Shown here piece after piece: positions 22,340 to 37,300 of a stretch of 64,000 nt of DNA (positions are counted from its first letter, which is position 1; every line of letters begins with the position of its first letter). The translations under genes and the position numbers were made by a program. Origin of the DNA: Amphiscolops sp. MND2022 (taxonomy: Eukaryota); assembly GCA_964187785.1 (NCBI GenBank), contig OZ076409.1:42782001-42846000 (forward strand). Direction: 5' to 3'. A model generated the notes under the pieces. The model did no database searches. It worked only from the letters and a program-made list of their open reading frames with translations, and was not told the DNA's origin.

Positions 22340-25300
22340 ATGCGTATACTGGTCAGCAGCTTAATTGTCCATATTTTGATTGAATATGTCGCTGGGTCAA
22401 ACGTTACCATACTGGGCCTGCGACCAGCTGATGACTCCATAACTGTAAATAAAGATGGCATACTGCAAGCGGTTACCGGGAAGAATGTCGACCTTATCGT
22501 TTTCGGTAATGGAATTACCGGAGACACAAAGGTCTCTTTCAGCGATAAATTGCATGATGAAGATTCGTCATGTGTCAGGTAGTAAAATTCCTATTTTCTC
22601 TAAAATTAGATATATAGTCTGTATACAGATATAAAGTTGTATTTTAATTTGACTTATTTCCTAATTCAGCCGATGTTAGTGAAAGCGAAACCATTTGCAA
22701 ATTTTTCTCCGACAGATTGTCTTATAAAATTATACTTATTTATAAACTTATAAAGTTTATTTTGTCCAGGAAACGAGAAAGTTATCCACGGGACCCGCAG
22801 AGCATCAATTCTGGTTCTTTTCGCGTAACAGAGTTTTTCGAAAAAGCTGATTCTTGGTTTCTTTGTATTGAAGACGACGAAGGAAAACTGTGGAAAATAG
22901 ACTCGGAATATACCCGAGTAACGATAGTCATAGACGGCGTTGCGGGATGGGTGAAAGCATTGCAAGTTATAGCCATCTGCATTCTGTTGGTTCTCTCTGG
23001 TCTATTCAGTGGATTGAATTTGGGCTTGATGGCACTCAATCCCGATGAGTTGCAAGTAGTGAAAAACGTCGGAAGTGAAACAGAACGCAAGTACGCTGCT
23101 CAGATTTTGCCCCTTCGGAAACACGGCAACTTTTTACTATGTACACTTCTTCTGGGCAATGTGATAGTAAACACAACGGCCACAATAATGCTGGATGGGC
23201 TCACTGGAAGTGGTCTGGCTGCTGTCTTTGGATCAGCTGCTGGTATTGTTATTTTTGGAGAAATCGTGCCTCAATCTGTCTGCACCCGACATGGGTTGGC
23301 AGTGGGAGCAAAAACCATCTGGTTGACCAAAATGTTCATGATTCTCACCGCCGTTATTTCGTGGCCTCTTAGCAAGGTTAATTTACTGTAGATATTGCTA
23401 ACTCCATGCTATGGTTGAAACATGAAAAATTCTTTTGAATCAAACAAATGCTACACTTGAAAAAAAAACATCGCGCGTCCGCATTCCCTGTTAATTTTAT
23501 AATTCGAACGATGAATTTTTTTGTGTAGTTCGAAATTTTGATTAGCAGTATAATTTTTTGATTTTGGTATATATCTGATTCTGACTCATCACCATATAAC
23601 GTTCTAGCTGCTGGATTGTCTCTTTGGCGAAGAGATTGGTCAGCGCAACAACCGAGACAAGTTTATCGAGATGGCGAAACTGAGTCAGCAGAAAGGAGAC
23701 GAGCATTTTGACCCCAATACAGTTGCCATCATCGACGGCGCCTTTCAACTGAAAGAGAAGGTAGTCAAAGATGTCATGACTCCCATCGAGAAGGTTTTCA
23801 TGATAGACTACAACGAAAGACTCACATTCGAACTCATATCCAAGATATCAGAGAAGGGTTTTACAAGGATTCCAGTGTTCAAAAAAGAGGACAGCACTAA
23901 AAATATCGTCGGCATAATTTTTGTGAAAGATTTGATTTTCATTGATCCAACAGACAACATGCCCATCAAAGCTATCTGCGATCACACCAATCACCAATTG
24001 ATGTTCACCTACGAAGAAATCACCTTAGATCACATTTTAGCCGAATTCAAAACGGGTATGTACTAAATTTTTTATAGGTAGTGTTTTAAAATTCGCCGCT
24101 TTTTAGTCGGCGCTTTTCTTAAGAAAAGAGCCCGACTATTACAGTCACTCGTTTTTTTTTCTTTTTTTTTTATTTAAGACAGACTCGAAGCGACGAACGT
24201 TAAAATTAACGTTCACCTACTAAAAGTACTAAACTACTGGACCGCTAAAGGCAAACACGGGGAGCGCATTCATTTACTTTTTCAACGTTACATACAAGCC
24301 CGGACGGGACTAAAGTTTCGTACACCCCCCCCCCCCTTTCGATTTTTTTTCGGCGCTGTGAGATTTTTTTTCGAATTTTTATTAATGTCCCCAAAGGGTC
24401 CCCCCTTTGAGTTTTTTGTTATTTTGCTACAGAATGCGTGTTTATAAATCAAAAAGGGTCCCCCCTTTTACATTTTCCGGCACTGTGCGACATTTCCCGA
24501 AAGAAATTTTTTTTCCGAAAATTTCAAGTTTTTTTCCAAAAAAAATGTTTTGCGCTTTTTGAGCCTTAGATATAGCGCCGACTTGAGGCGTTCTCGTCTT
24601 GTTTGCTTTCTCTGCTAACTTTCATCTTTTGAAAATGATTCAGCAATTCCCCCTTTCCAGTCTAAGGCATTTGGAACAGAAAATCACGAATCCCAATTTC
24701 CATTAGTTTCTAGTGCGTTCATCAATACATTGGTTTCAAAATGTAAGAGCGGCTTCTTCAGACAAAATAATCAACTGCCCTCTTGCCAAAAAGACTAGCA
24801 GTCTTGGTTAAGACCAATGATGTAAATGTTCCAGTGATGCAGAAATATTCCGAAATTTCGTTAGCAGCAGCGTCATTTCGTTATAACTACTTTTTAGCCT
24901 GTTGTAAATTCCTTTGGCGAAAATTCAATTACCTAAAAAACCGTCGTGTGCAAGTATTTTGTCTCTAGTTTTTCTATTTTTTTGTTCAACATTAAAATGC
25001 CGAAACTTCTTTTCTGTGTTTAGAAAAGTCTCGCATTTGTATACTTTGTCCAGCCAAGATGAATTGAATTTTCATTTTATAGCAGAAAATCATTTTGCCA
25101 AAACTTAGTTCTCTGGATTTCAACTAAGGATTTCCTGGAAAATATTCATGCTTAGAATAATTTGAGAGGAGCCGATTTTCGTGTTTTGCTTTCACTGCTG
25201 AAAAATGATGCTCCAAAGCTTTGATTAAATGCATTAATACCAAGCTCTATCGATTTTCCAAAAAATTCCCCGTCTTTTTTCACTCAAATTCTTCGGTTTT

Positions 25301-28300
25301 GATCTCAATAGAAATAGAAACAACCTTTAGATATATTCAAGTCAAACCTGTTATCAAGATTTTGTCAATTTAGAAATACTTTTGAGAAATATTGGTCGAA
25401 AATAGCGGAAAGTGATTTTTAGCAGTGGATGCCGTTACTAATCGATTCAAGTGTTGATCTTCCCTCCGCTATGCATAGTCGTTTCAGGATCTTCACACAT
25501 GGCCATTGTGCAGAAGCCAGTGAGTGTGCCTGGCAAGGATCCGTACTACGAGATCACAGGAGTGGTGACTTTGGAAGACGTGATTGAGGAAATGATAGGG
25601 TCTGAGATCATCGATGAAACTGACTACTTCGGTTAGTGTCCTTAAAACATTGGAATTATCATTAACTAACATCAAATCGAACAGTTGCAATCAGGCGTGT
25701 CAATTATATGCGGCAAAAAACTCTAAAATATGCAATGCTTTATGCGGATAATTTCTTCAAAATATGCGGCAAAATGCTGCTTTTTGCTCAAAAATATAAA
25801 CGAAGTAATTGAGAGAAAATATTTTTGCCGAAACTAAATTTTTTTGGATTTCAACTGAAGTTTTCCTGGAAAATATTCATGCTTCGAATAATTTGAGAGG
25901 AGCCGATTTTCGTGTTTTCACTGCTGAAAAATGATGCTCCAAAGCTTTGATTAAATGCATATATACCAAGCTCTGACAATTTTCAAAAAAACCCTTTTCC
26001 ACTTAAATTCTTCGGTTTTGATCTCAATAGAAATAGAAACAACCTCGGTAGAAACAACATTTTATCCGCGGAAACACAGGAAGATGCACAAAACTGAATT
26101 AATCCAATTTCTCTGAATTGAAATATAACATCATAAGATGTAGAACTTTTTTTCCTCAGTCAGTTATTCCCACTCTTCGGAAAGTAGCTAAAAAGCCGTT
26201 CAACAGAGGCTGAGTCGCGAACAAGAAAGACAAGGATAGTTTGTCCTTTGGGACACGTTCAAAACCGTGTATATAGCGGTTCAATTTCATCGATTTCACA
26301 AACGATCAGTTACAAAACCAGTAACTGTTACAAAACAATAATCAGTCAGATATGCGGTTTCTCAAATCTAGCAAAATATGCGGAATATACGGGGCATATA
26401 ATTGACAAGTTTTGTCCTAATCTGTTTAAATAATAATTAATTTACAATAATTGTCATTATTACTTTAAATTTTTACGCTGACCTCGTATATGTGAAATCT
26501 TTTGAAATCTTTTGTATTTTATCATAATGTGAGGAATGATATTATGAGGAATTATGATATGATATAATGAGGAAGGAATAAAAAAGTGTTTTTTATCTGG
26601 AAACAGTTTAAAACAGCATTTCAGCACGAGCTCATAAATTCAATCAAAGCTGCCCTGGAGTGAGACTGAGCTCACCTTCGGCAAAATGGTGAAGACGAAA
26701 TGAAGATTCGATGTGCAAACAATTCCGTTTTGGTGTCTGGAAAGGTCTATGTTCCGCGGATATTTCTTGAGACATGCCAACACATTTGCATAAAAGCAAT
26801 TAATAATTATTTAGAACATTTTAAATTGCTGTTAAGTGAAGATTACGTAAAGAGTCCTTCCTGCAAATGTTGACCGCTTGGTTGGCTTGAATTACCATTT
26901 GAAACGCTTCAAAAGTTATACAATTATTCCAATGCGTACAATCCAATTAGAGGGATTCGTTTTTCTGATAGGTTTCGTTGTGGAGCATCCTGTTCAAATA
27001 AGTCACATCTAGCGTTTAATTTTGCATCCAGCATTCCTCTCCCAATTTTTTCGTCTTTCTTAACCATTGTTTCCGAGCTAAACCTGTTAATAGCTATTAT
27101 CTTGTGGAGCCTTGTTGGAGAATTTTTTGTAGTTCTTGAACCAATGTGGAAAGTGAAGTGAAGTAACCTCATCGATAAAATGTGAAACGAGTGAACGCTT
27201 TTTGACGCAATAAAACGAAATTATCCTGAATAATTGCATTTTTCTAGAATGTTTTCGAATGTTCAACTGTTTCGTTACATTGTTTGTTTAAACCCATAAT
27301 TTCTATGCTGAAAAGGCGAAAGCGCTGAGATGACAAGAGGGAGACTGTTTTGGGTGGAGTTAATGTGTTTTATGTAATGTTTTCAGTTGACAACACTGGG
27401 CGACATAGAGCTAACAGACACAGGAAGATGGACTTTAAGGCCTTCCTGCGTCAACCGTCCTCAACAGTGTTTCCTCCGCAACTCAAGTTGGCCTGCTTTC
27501 AGTACCTCCACTCAGGTAATTGAGATGCCTTTCCTTTCAGGTGGAAAGAACGAACAATCTCTAATGGCTAATGCGTTCTTCACCCCTCAAGTTACTTCTG
27601 AATCGTTTGTTCTTACCGTCGCTGCTCAACATCGTTTGTTGTTGGTGGCTCTCAGAAAATATGATATTAAAATCGATGCAAGCTAGCCGCCCACAAGGTA
27701 CGGCGGTAGAGAAAAATGGTTTCAGTGCTTCCACTGTTATGGACATTAGTGCGCTCATTACTTTTTTGTGTTGTACAACAGCGGCATTGACGTTTTCCCA
27801 GACTACGCCTGCTCATCCACGATTTGTGAGATTGCCATGTAATCTTTCACCTGCAAAAAGGAAGTGGTGTTGAAAAAATGTGATTATCTTCTAACGCCAC
27901 AGCTCTTATTGATATTTCTTTTTAGTGTTGTTAGCCGACTAGCTGCAAGTTACTATTTGGGATCGTCTCCCCTAATTGGTAACAGCTCTTGTGTGGTTGC
28001 AAAAGACAATTGCACCGAGAGATGCTCACATGAATACATGGGCTCTGTTGAAATTTTGATCTCTGAATCTAACTATTGAGAGGGAATCAATAGCGGCTTT
28101 AAGCTCAACATGAAAATGTTTTGTTCTAGTTTGAGAAATTATTGGTGCTTAGCCAAAATTAGGCCTTGTTTATTCTTGCGAAAATGTGCACTATTCAGTG
28201 TGTGAAATGTTTCCAAGTAGTTTCAAGAGCTCCAACAAAACAGATCGATTGCCGCCAATTTTTAATATTTTTGCTTTAGCAGGAATATTATTGAAATCTG

Positions 28301-31300
28301 GAAACGTGTACTTTTTTTCAGAACAATTTTTCGGACGATCTGAATAATTCAGATATTTTGTTCGGCAGTGAGTGTAAGCGAGAGAGCTGCCGAAGACAAT
28401 TCAATTCTAGTGCGATGGAACGAGCGAGTGGTAATTATCCATTCGTATGCTGACGTCATTGAGATGAAGCGAGTGAATGTTCGTAATTGTGCTTTCGTTG
28501 CCCCGAGTTATTGAGATGAAGCGAATGAGTGTTAATTATTCGTTCGTTGAGAGCTTCGCCTGCATTCAAATGCGAATGCGAAACTTCGTCTACGCTTAGT
28601 AGTTATATTTTCTTTAGTCCGAGAAGAATTGAAGGCGGTGTAAACTTGTACAGTGATTAATTGTGCTCTAAGTAATGATTAAACAGGAGTGTATTGGTAT
28701 TCCAGATATGATTCTTTTATTAATGATTTTTTTGTTTCAAAAAAAATAAAGATTAAAGCAGAAATAGTACTGAGCCCGGAGGGGCCTATTTTATTACTGT
28801 CAAGTTTGAATTGTACATGAAAACATGAAAGCTGCTTGCAAAACTTTGAGATGAACCGATGGCTGTGAACGTGAAAAGGGTTTTTTTCTTCAGGGTGCCA
28901 ATAAACATCTTGAAATATGGGATGATGAATGACTGAATTTTTGGTCAAATGTAGTTTTGATTCTAGAATGAAACATACTGAACGCGTTAATATCACGGTG
29001 TAATTAAAGGTTTAATACCGAAGACTTTTTAGCAAACTTTTTGCAGCTAACTTGTGCTCTGAATTGGAAAACCATATGTTACTTTTTTATTCTTAATAAG
29101 GAAGTTTTAGTACGCAGCATACACTATCATCGAATTGCAATAGAGCAATTGTTCACGTGTCAGTAAGCAAATATCTCATTCAGTGCACAGATAGACTTAT
29201 CATTTTCAGGAGTCGAACACAGTATATCATGTGGTTTTTGTAAATTTCCGTGGCATCAAGATCTCAACTATTTTCATAATCGTGGAAGTTCCCCTATAAG
29301 GTCCTTTTAAATGATTCGTTTGCATCCTCAAAAAGGCTTCAATATACCTGTTAACTGCTTCCTATTTGAGGATATTAAGCGTACGGAAACTTCAGAAGCT
29401 TTTTCAAATAATAGTTGAGAAGAATAAAATGGTCTGTAAACTAATCCCTTGGCGTTATGTTAATTTCAAGAATCTTTTCCACATTTCAGAGATCGAAGCG
29501 TTTGGTCCGTCAAAGGTGCACTCGAGTGTGTTGAAGAAGTTGATGGAATGCAATGTGCTGTTTGAGATCAAACTTGACACGGCTGTGAACGACAACTCGC
29601 ACGTGCTCTATCGCAAGAACGTGCCCTCGGAGTACTTCATCCTCATTCTAGAGGGCCGTGCCACTGTCTCCGTCGGAAAGGATGACCTCACCTTCGAGGC
29701 GGGACCCTTCCACTACTTTGGGGAAGCTGTTCTCACTCCCGTCGCATGTTAGAAATTCTGCACCTCTCAATTCTGCAGTTGAAATAGCTTCATTTCTCTT
29801 ACAAGAGGCATAGTGATACTGCGATATATTTCTTATACATCTTTCAGCCTCAAAATGAGTTCCGCTATAGATCTGAAAAGTATTTCATTTATCTATGAAT
29901 ATACGATTCGACCGTTTGGTGAGATTAAAATATGAACAGTTTATAAAAGGCATTGAATATATAAGAGCTCAGTGACGAAAAAACCAATGGGGAAGTCTCT
30001 TTTAATTTCAGTTATGTTAAAATAAGCACCTTTCAAGGTTGATATTGTCATCTTACAAAACATAACATGACACTGAACGAGTCTGGCCTTTTTTCTCGCG
30101 AAAAAGTGGTGACTAAAAATAAAATAGCTCAGAGTTCTGTCTGAAAATGGAAAAAAGCAAGGTGATTGCGAATTGGTTGAAAAATATACTTCGTTATGGA
30201 AGAATAATACAAAAGCAAAACAAATTACTTTTTTTAAAACAAGGATACAGGTTGTAACGTCACAAGCTCATTGATATTTTATACAGTTGAGCATGGTATA
30301 TGTTAGCATTGGAATTTCGTTCTTTGCATCGGTAATTAGAGCCCTACAATTGACAAGCAAGCACCGCTCCTGATGCTACATATCAAGCCAGTAATGGATA
30401 AATCATTGAAACGAGAGTTAAAAAATATCGTAGCAACCATAATCACGTCATTTCAGCCTCTCATTCAATGATGTTCATTTGATTTTTAGTCGGCGCTTTT
30501 CTAGGGAAAAGTGCCCGACACTTACAGTGGCTAGTTTTTTTTTCGTCAGACTACAATCTCACTCTGATTGGGCCACTTTTCTTACAATCGAAACCACTAA
30601 AACTACTACCATAAGGCCAAGTCCCGTCAGCGGAAATTAGTGCAAAAGGGTCCCCCCTTTCATTTTTTACTATTTTAACGTAACCTACAAAACCGGACGA
30701 GACTAAAGGGTCCCCCTTTCGATTTTTTTTGGCATTGTGCGACTTTTTTCGAAAATTTTTAATGTCCCCAAAGGGTCCCCCCTTCGAGTTTTTTGATATT
30801 TTGCAACAGAATGTATGTTAATAAATCCAAAAGGGTCCGTCTTCTACATTTTTCGGCACTATGCGAAATTTTCCAAAAAAATCAAAAATTTTTGTTCAAA
30901 AGTCTTTTGCGCTTTTTGAGCCTTAGATATAGCCCGGACTTTAGACGTTCCCGTCTTGTTTATTTAATATTGAAGTTTAAATTAATAGTTCCAAACAAAA
31001 AATATAAATTGGGTAGAGAAATAAAATCTTGAAGGTCGCGACACGTTTGATTGTTGAAACGCTTGCTAAAATTTGTCAACAGCTTACTTCAGCAATTGTT
31101 TACCGAGGACGATAGCTGCTACTTAGGAAAGTGTACCCTGGTTGACCAAACATACTCACCATGCTTTGATCATAGTATGATCATACTATGATCATGCTCA
31201 TTCCATGATCATGATCTTGCCAAGATCTTATCATGGCGACCATGTTTCATAGTATGATCATACTATGACCATCATGTTTCATATCATGAACATAGTATGA

Positions 31301-34300
31301 AAACCATGTTTCAAGAGAAAAAATGTAAGAATGTCGGACATGGCAGCTACCTGTGCACATAGTTCACAGAAATTGCTTGCCGAAGTCCTTATGCTGTATT
31401 TTTAGGGAGGTTCTCAGCTCGTGAGATTCATAGAACGTGACCTCCTTCGGGTCTCAAAACTGGAAAAATTTAAAACCAAAACTGCTTGAAATCAATAAAA
31501 ACAATTCAGATCTGTTAAGATACACTAGAATCTATGAATTATGAAAATAAAAAGACCATAATGTCTAGTGTTTGGGTTAAACAATTGCTGGAAATATCCG
31601 CAATAACGATGATGCAAAACGGGAATAACGTCTAAAGCCAAGTCATGCCCATTCCCTATATAGAGACCTTGAGTTTTAGTATGGGCGCAAATAACGACTG
31701 AAAATGTTTCGGAATAACGTCTAAAGTTCAATGTATTAAGATTGGAAATGAGCATGACTCGGCTTCAGAGAGCGGGAATAACATCTGGGAAGGAAAAAAA
31801 CGTCTAAAGGTCCACCGGCAGAAACGTCTAACGGAATAACATCTAAACTGTTTTCCGCTTTCATATATCATGGATCAAGTGCCATATCAAGATATCATGG
31901 ATATATCATGAATCAAGTGCCATGTGTATCATCATGTTGGGGGGAGAAGACATCTAAACTGAAAAGAAGAGGAATAACGTCCAAAAACTCGGTAATAACG
32001 TCTAAAAAGTGAAGTAACGTCTGAATGCAAAACAGGAATATCGTCTAAATGCAAAACGCGAATAACGTCTAAAGCCATGTCATGCCCAATCCTTATATAG
32101 AGACCTTGAGTTTTAGTATGGGCGCGAATAACGTCTGAAAATGTTTCGGAATATTGTCTAAAAATGTTTTGGAATAATGTCTAAAAATGTTTCGGAAAAT
32201 AATATCTAAAGTTAAATGTTATAAGATTGGAAATGAGCATGACTTGGCTCTAGACGTTATTCCGGAGAGCGGGAATAACATCGAAGGAATATCGTCTAAA
32301 TTCATAACGGGAATAACGTCTAAAGCCAAGTCATGCCCATTCCCTATAGAGACCTTGAATTTTAGTATGGGCGCGAATAACGTCTATAAATGTTTCGGAA
32401 TATTGTCTAAAAATGTTTTGGAATAATGTCTAAAAATGTTTCGGAAAATAACATCTAAAGTTAAATGTATTAGGATTGGAAAAGAGCATGACCTAGCTTT
32501 AGACGTTATTCCGGAGCGGGAATACCATCTAGGAGGGGTTATATTGTCTGAGGAACATCGTCTAAAGGTCACCGGGAGAAATGCCTGATGGAATAACATC
32601 TAAACTGAAAAGAGGAATAACGTTTAAAAATTGGGGAATAACGCCTGAAAAGTGGAATACTGTCTAAATTCAAAACATGAATAACGCCTGAGGCCAGGTC
32701 CATATCCAATTTTTGGAATGAAAAACTAACGAAAACACACCCACCCAATCGCAGTTAGTTACACTAGAATCGATTATTTATTAAAATGACAAGACCACAA
32801 CATCTAGTTATTGGAGAAAAAAACTAAAATACACCCGAAAAACCAGTAAAAAAACTCAAAATGAGAAATAATTGCGAAACGTGCGAGATCCTTCAATGAA
32901 AACCATTCAGATCTGTAGTTAGATACATTAGCAGCGATGAATCATTAGAATGATGAGTCATGAGAATGATAAGACCATAATATCTAGTTTTGTAACAAAA
33001 ATTAACGAAAATACACCCAAAGTGAAAGGAATAATACCTAAAAGGAGCAGTCACTGCGGAAATCATGGAATTCAGTTTTTTCGACGAAACCAATTCAGAT
33101 CTGTAGTTGGATACTCTAAAAGAATCGGCAAAATATGAAATTGATAAGACCATAATATCTTATAATAGTTTTGGGAATGAAAAATAAGATTTAACACCGT
33201 AATTAGATGGTAGCAAAGAGTGGGAGTTCACTTTGCAGTGGTATCGTTTATACAAGCAAGTTCATTACTTATACTACAAAGAATAAAGCTTCAGAACGAA
33301 AAAAAAATCATTATTGAATGAGAAAGGTCTAAGTTAGCAACAGAAATACGGAGATTGACAGTTGACCTAGGAGTCAGCTAAAAAAGCCTGAAAGGTAAGC
33401 CGACTCAAAGGCGCTTGTTAGTCATCGTATTTAGATAGTAGCCTAGAGTGGGAGTTGACTTTGCAGTAGTATCGTTTATACAAGCGAGTTCATTACATAT
33501 ACTACGAAGAATGAATCTTCAAAACAAAAAAAATGATCAATATGGAATGAGAAAGGTTTAAGTTAGCAACAGAAATACGGAGTTTAACAAATAACCTAGG
33601 AGTCAGCTAAAAATCCTGGAAGCTAAACCAACTCAAAGGCGCTTGTTGTTCACCGTAACTATATGGTAGCCAAGAATGAGTTTAGTTTGCAGTAGTATCG
33701 TTTATGAAAGCAAGTTCAATACATATACTACAAAGAATGAAGCTTCAAAACAAAAAATGATCAGTATGGAATGAGAACGGTTTAAGTTAGCAACAGAATA
33801 CGGAGTTTACCAGCTAACCTACGAGTCAGCTAAAAATCCTGGAAGCTAAGCCAACTCAAAGGCGCTTGTTGTTCACCGTAATTATATGGTAGCCAAGAAT
33901 GAGTACACTAGAATCTATGAATTATGAAAATAAAAAGACCATAATGTCTAGTGTTTGGGTTAAACAATTGCTGGAAATATCCGCAATAACGATGATGCAA
34001 AACGGGAATAACGTCTAAAGCCAAGTCATGCCCATTCCCTATATAGAGACCTTGAGTTTTAGTATGGGCGCAAATAACGACTGAAAATGTTTCGGAATAA
34101 CGTCTAAAGTTCAATGTATTAAGATTGGAAATGAGCATGACCTAGCTTTAGACGTTATTCCGGAGCGGGAATACCATCTAGGAGGGGTAATATTGTCTAA
34201 GGAACATCGTCTAAAGGTCACCGGGAGAAATGCCTGATGGAATAACATCTAAACTGAAAAGAGGAATAACGTTTAAAAATTGGGGAATAACGCCTGAAAA

Positions 34301-37300
34301 GTGGAATACAGTCTAAATTCAAAACATGAATAACGCCTGAGGCCAGGTCCATATCCAATTTTTGGAATGAAAAACTAACGAAAACACACCCACCCAATCG
34401 CAGTTAGTTACACTAGAATCGATTATTTTTTAAAATGACAAGACCACAACATCTAGTTATTGGAGAAAAAAACTAAAATACACCCGAAAAACCAGTAAAA
34501 AAACTCAAAATGAGAAATAATTGCGAAACGTGCGAGATCCTTCAATGAAAACCATTCAGATCTGTAGTTAGATACATTAGCAGCGATGAATCATTAGAAT
34601 GATGAGTCATGAGAATGATAAGACCATAATATCTAGTTTTGTAACAAAAATTAACGAAAATACACCCAAAGTGAAAGGAATAATACCTAAAAGGAGCAGT
34701 CACTGCGGAAATCATGGAATTCAGTTTTTTCGACGAAACCAATTCAGATCTGTAGTTGGATACTCTAAAAGAATCGGCAAAATATGAAATTGATGAGACC
34801 ATAATATCTTATAATAGTTTTGGGAATGAAAAATAAGATTTAACACCGTAATTAGATGGTAGCAAAGAGTGGGAGTTCACTTTGCAGTGGTATCTTTTAT
34901 ACAAGCAAGTTCATTACTTATACTACAAAGAATAAAGCTTCAGAACGAAAAAAAATCATTATTGAATGAGAAAGGTCTAAGTTAGCAACAGAAATACGGA
35001 GATTGACAGTTAACCTAGGAGTCAGCTAAAAAAGCCTGAAAGGTAAGCCGACTCAAAGGCGCTTGTTAGTCATCATATTTAGATAGTAGCCTAGAGTGGG
35101 AGTTGACTTTGCAGTAATATCGTTTATACAAGCGAGTTCATTACGTATACTACGAAGAATGAAGCTTCAAAACGAAAAAAAATGATCAATATGGAATGAG
35201 AAAAGTCTAAGTTAGCAACATAAATACGGAGATTAACAGTTAACCTAGGAATCAGCTGAAAAAGCCTGAAAGCTAAGCCGACTCAAAGGCGCTTGCTAGT
35301 CACCGTATTTAGATGGTAACCTAGAGTGGGAGTTGACTTTGCAGTAGTATCGTTTATACAAGCGAGTTCATTACATATACTACGAAGAATGAATCTTCAA
35401 AACAAAAAAATGATCAATATGGAATGAGAAAGGTTTAAGTTAGCAACAGAAATACGGAGTTTAACAAATAACCTAGGAGTCAGCTAAAAATCCTGGAAGC
35501 TAAACCAACTCAAAGGCGCTTGTTGTTCACCGTAACTATATGGTAGCCAAGAATGAGTTTAGTTTGCAGTAGTATCGTTTATGAAAGCAAGTTCAATACA
35601 TATACTACAAAGAATGAAGCTTCAAAACAAAAAATGATCAGTATGGAATGAGAACGGTTTAAGTTAGCAACAGAATACGGAGTTTAACAGCTAACCTACG
35701 AGTCAGCTAAAAATCCTGGAAGCTAAGCCAACTCAAAGGCGCTTGTTGTTCACCGTAATTATATGGTAGCCAAGAATGAGTACACTAGAATCTATGAATT
35801 ATGAAAATAAAAACCATAATGTCTAGTGTTTGGGTTAAACAATTGCTGGAAATATCCGCAATAACGATGATGCAAAACGGGAATAACGTCTAAAGTCAAG
35901 TCATGCCCATTCCCTATATAGAGACCTTGAGTTTTAGTATGGGCGCAAATAACGACTGAAAATGTTTCGGAATAACGTCTAAAGTTCAATGTATTAAGAT
36001 TGGAAATGAGCATGACCTAGCTTTAGACGTTATTCCGGAGCGGGAATACCATCTAGGAGGGGTAATATTGTCTAAGGAACATCGTCTAAAGGTCACCGGG
36101 AGAAATGCCTGATGGAATAACATCTAAACTGAAAAGAGGAATAACGTTTAAAAATTGGGGAATAACGCCTGAAAAGTGGAATACTGTCTAAATTCAAAAC
36201 ATGAATAACGCCTGAGGCCAGGTCCATATCCAATTTTTGGAATGAAAAACTAACGAAAACACGCCCACCCAATCGCAGTTAGTTACACTAGAATCGATTA
36301 TTTATTAAAATGACAAGACCACAACATCTAGTTATTGGAGAAAAAAACTAAAATACACCCGAAGAACCAGTAAAAAAACTCAAAATGAGAAATAATTGCG
36401 AAACGTGCGAGATCCTTCAATGAAAACCATTCAGATCTGTAGTTAGATACATTAGCAGCGATGAATCATTAGAATGATGAGTCATGAGAATGATAAGACC
36501 ATAATATCTAGTTTTGTAACAAAAATTAACGAAAATACACCCAAAGTGAAAGGAATAATACCTAAAAGGAGCAGTCACTGCGGAAATCATGGAATTCAGT
36601 TTTTTCGACGAAACCAATTCAGATCTGTAGTTGGATACTCTAAAAGAATCGGCAAAATATGAAATTGATGAGACCATAATATCTTATAATAGTTTTGGGA
36701 ATGAAAAATAAGATTTAACACCGTAATTAGATGGTAGCAAAGAGTGGGAGTTCACTTTGCAGTGGTATCGTTTATACAAGCAAGTTCATTACTTATACTA
36801 CAAAGAATAAAGCTTCAGAACGAAAAAAAAATCATTATTGAATGAGAAAGGTCTAAGTTAGCAACAGAAATACGGAGATTGACAGTTAACCTAGGAGTCG
36901 GCTAAAAAAGCCTGAAAGGTAAGCCGACTCAAAGGCGCTTGTTATTCATCGTATTTAGATAGTAGCCTAGAGTGGGAGTTGACTTTGCAGTAGTATCGTT
37001 TATACAAGCGAGTTCATTACGTATACTACGAAGAATGAAGCTTCAAAACGAAAAAAAATGATCAATATGGAATGAGAAAAGTCTAAGTTAGCAACATAAA
37101 TACGGAGATTAACAGTTAACCTAGGAATCAGCTGAAAAAGCCTGAAAGCTAAGCCGACTCAAAGGCGCTTGCTAGTCACCGTATTTAGATGGTAACCTAG
37201 AGTGGGAGTTGACTTTGCAGTAGTATCGTTTATACAAGCGAGTTCATTACATATACTACGAAGAATGAATCTTCAAAACAAAAAAATGATCAATATGGAA

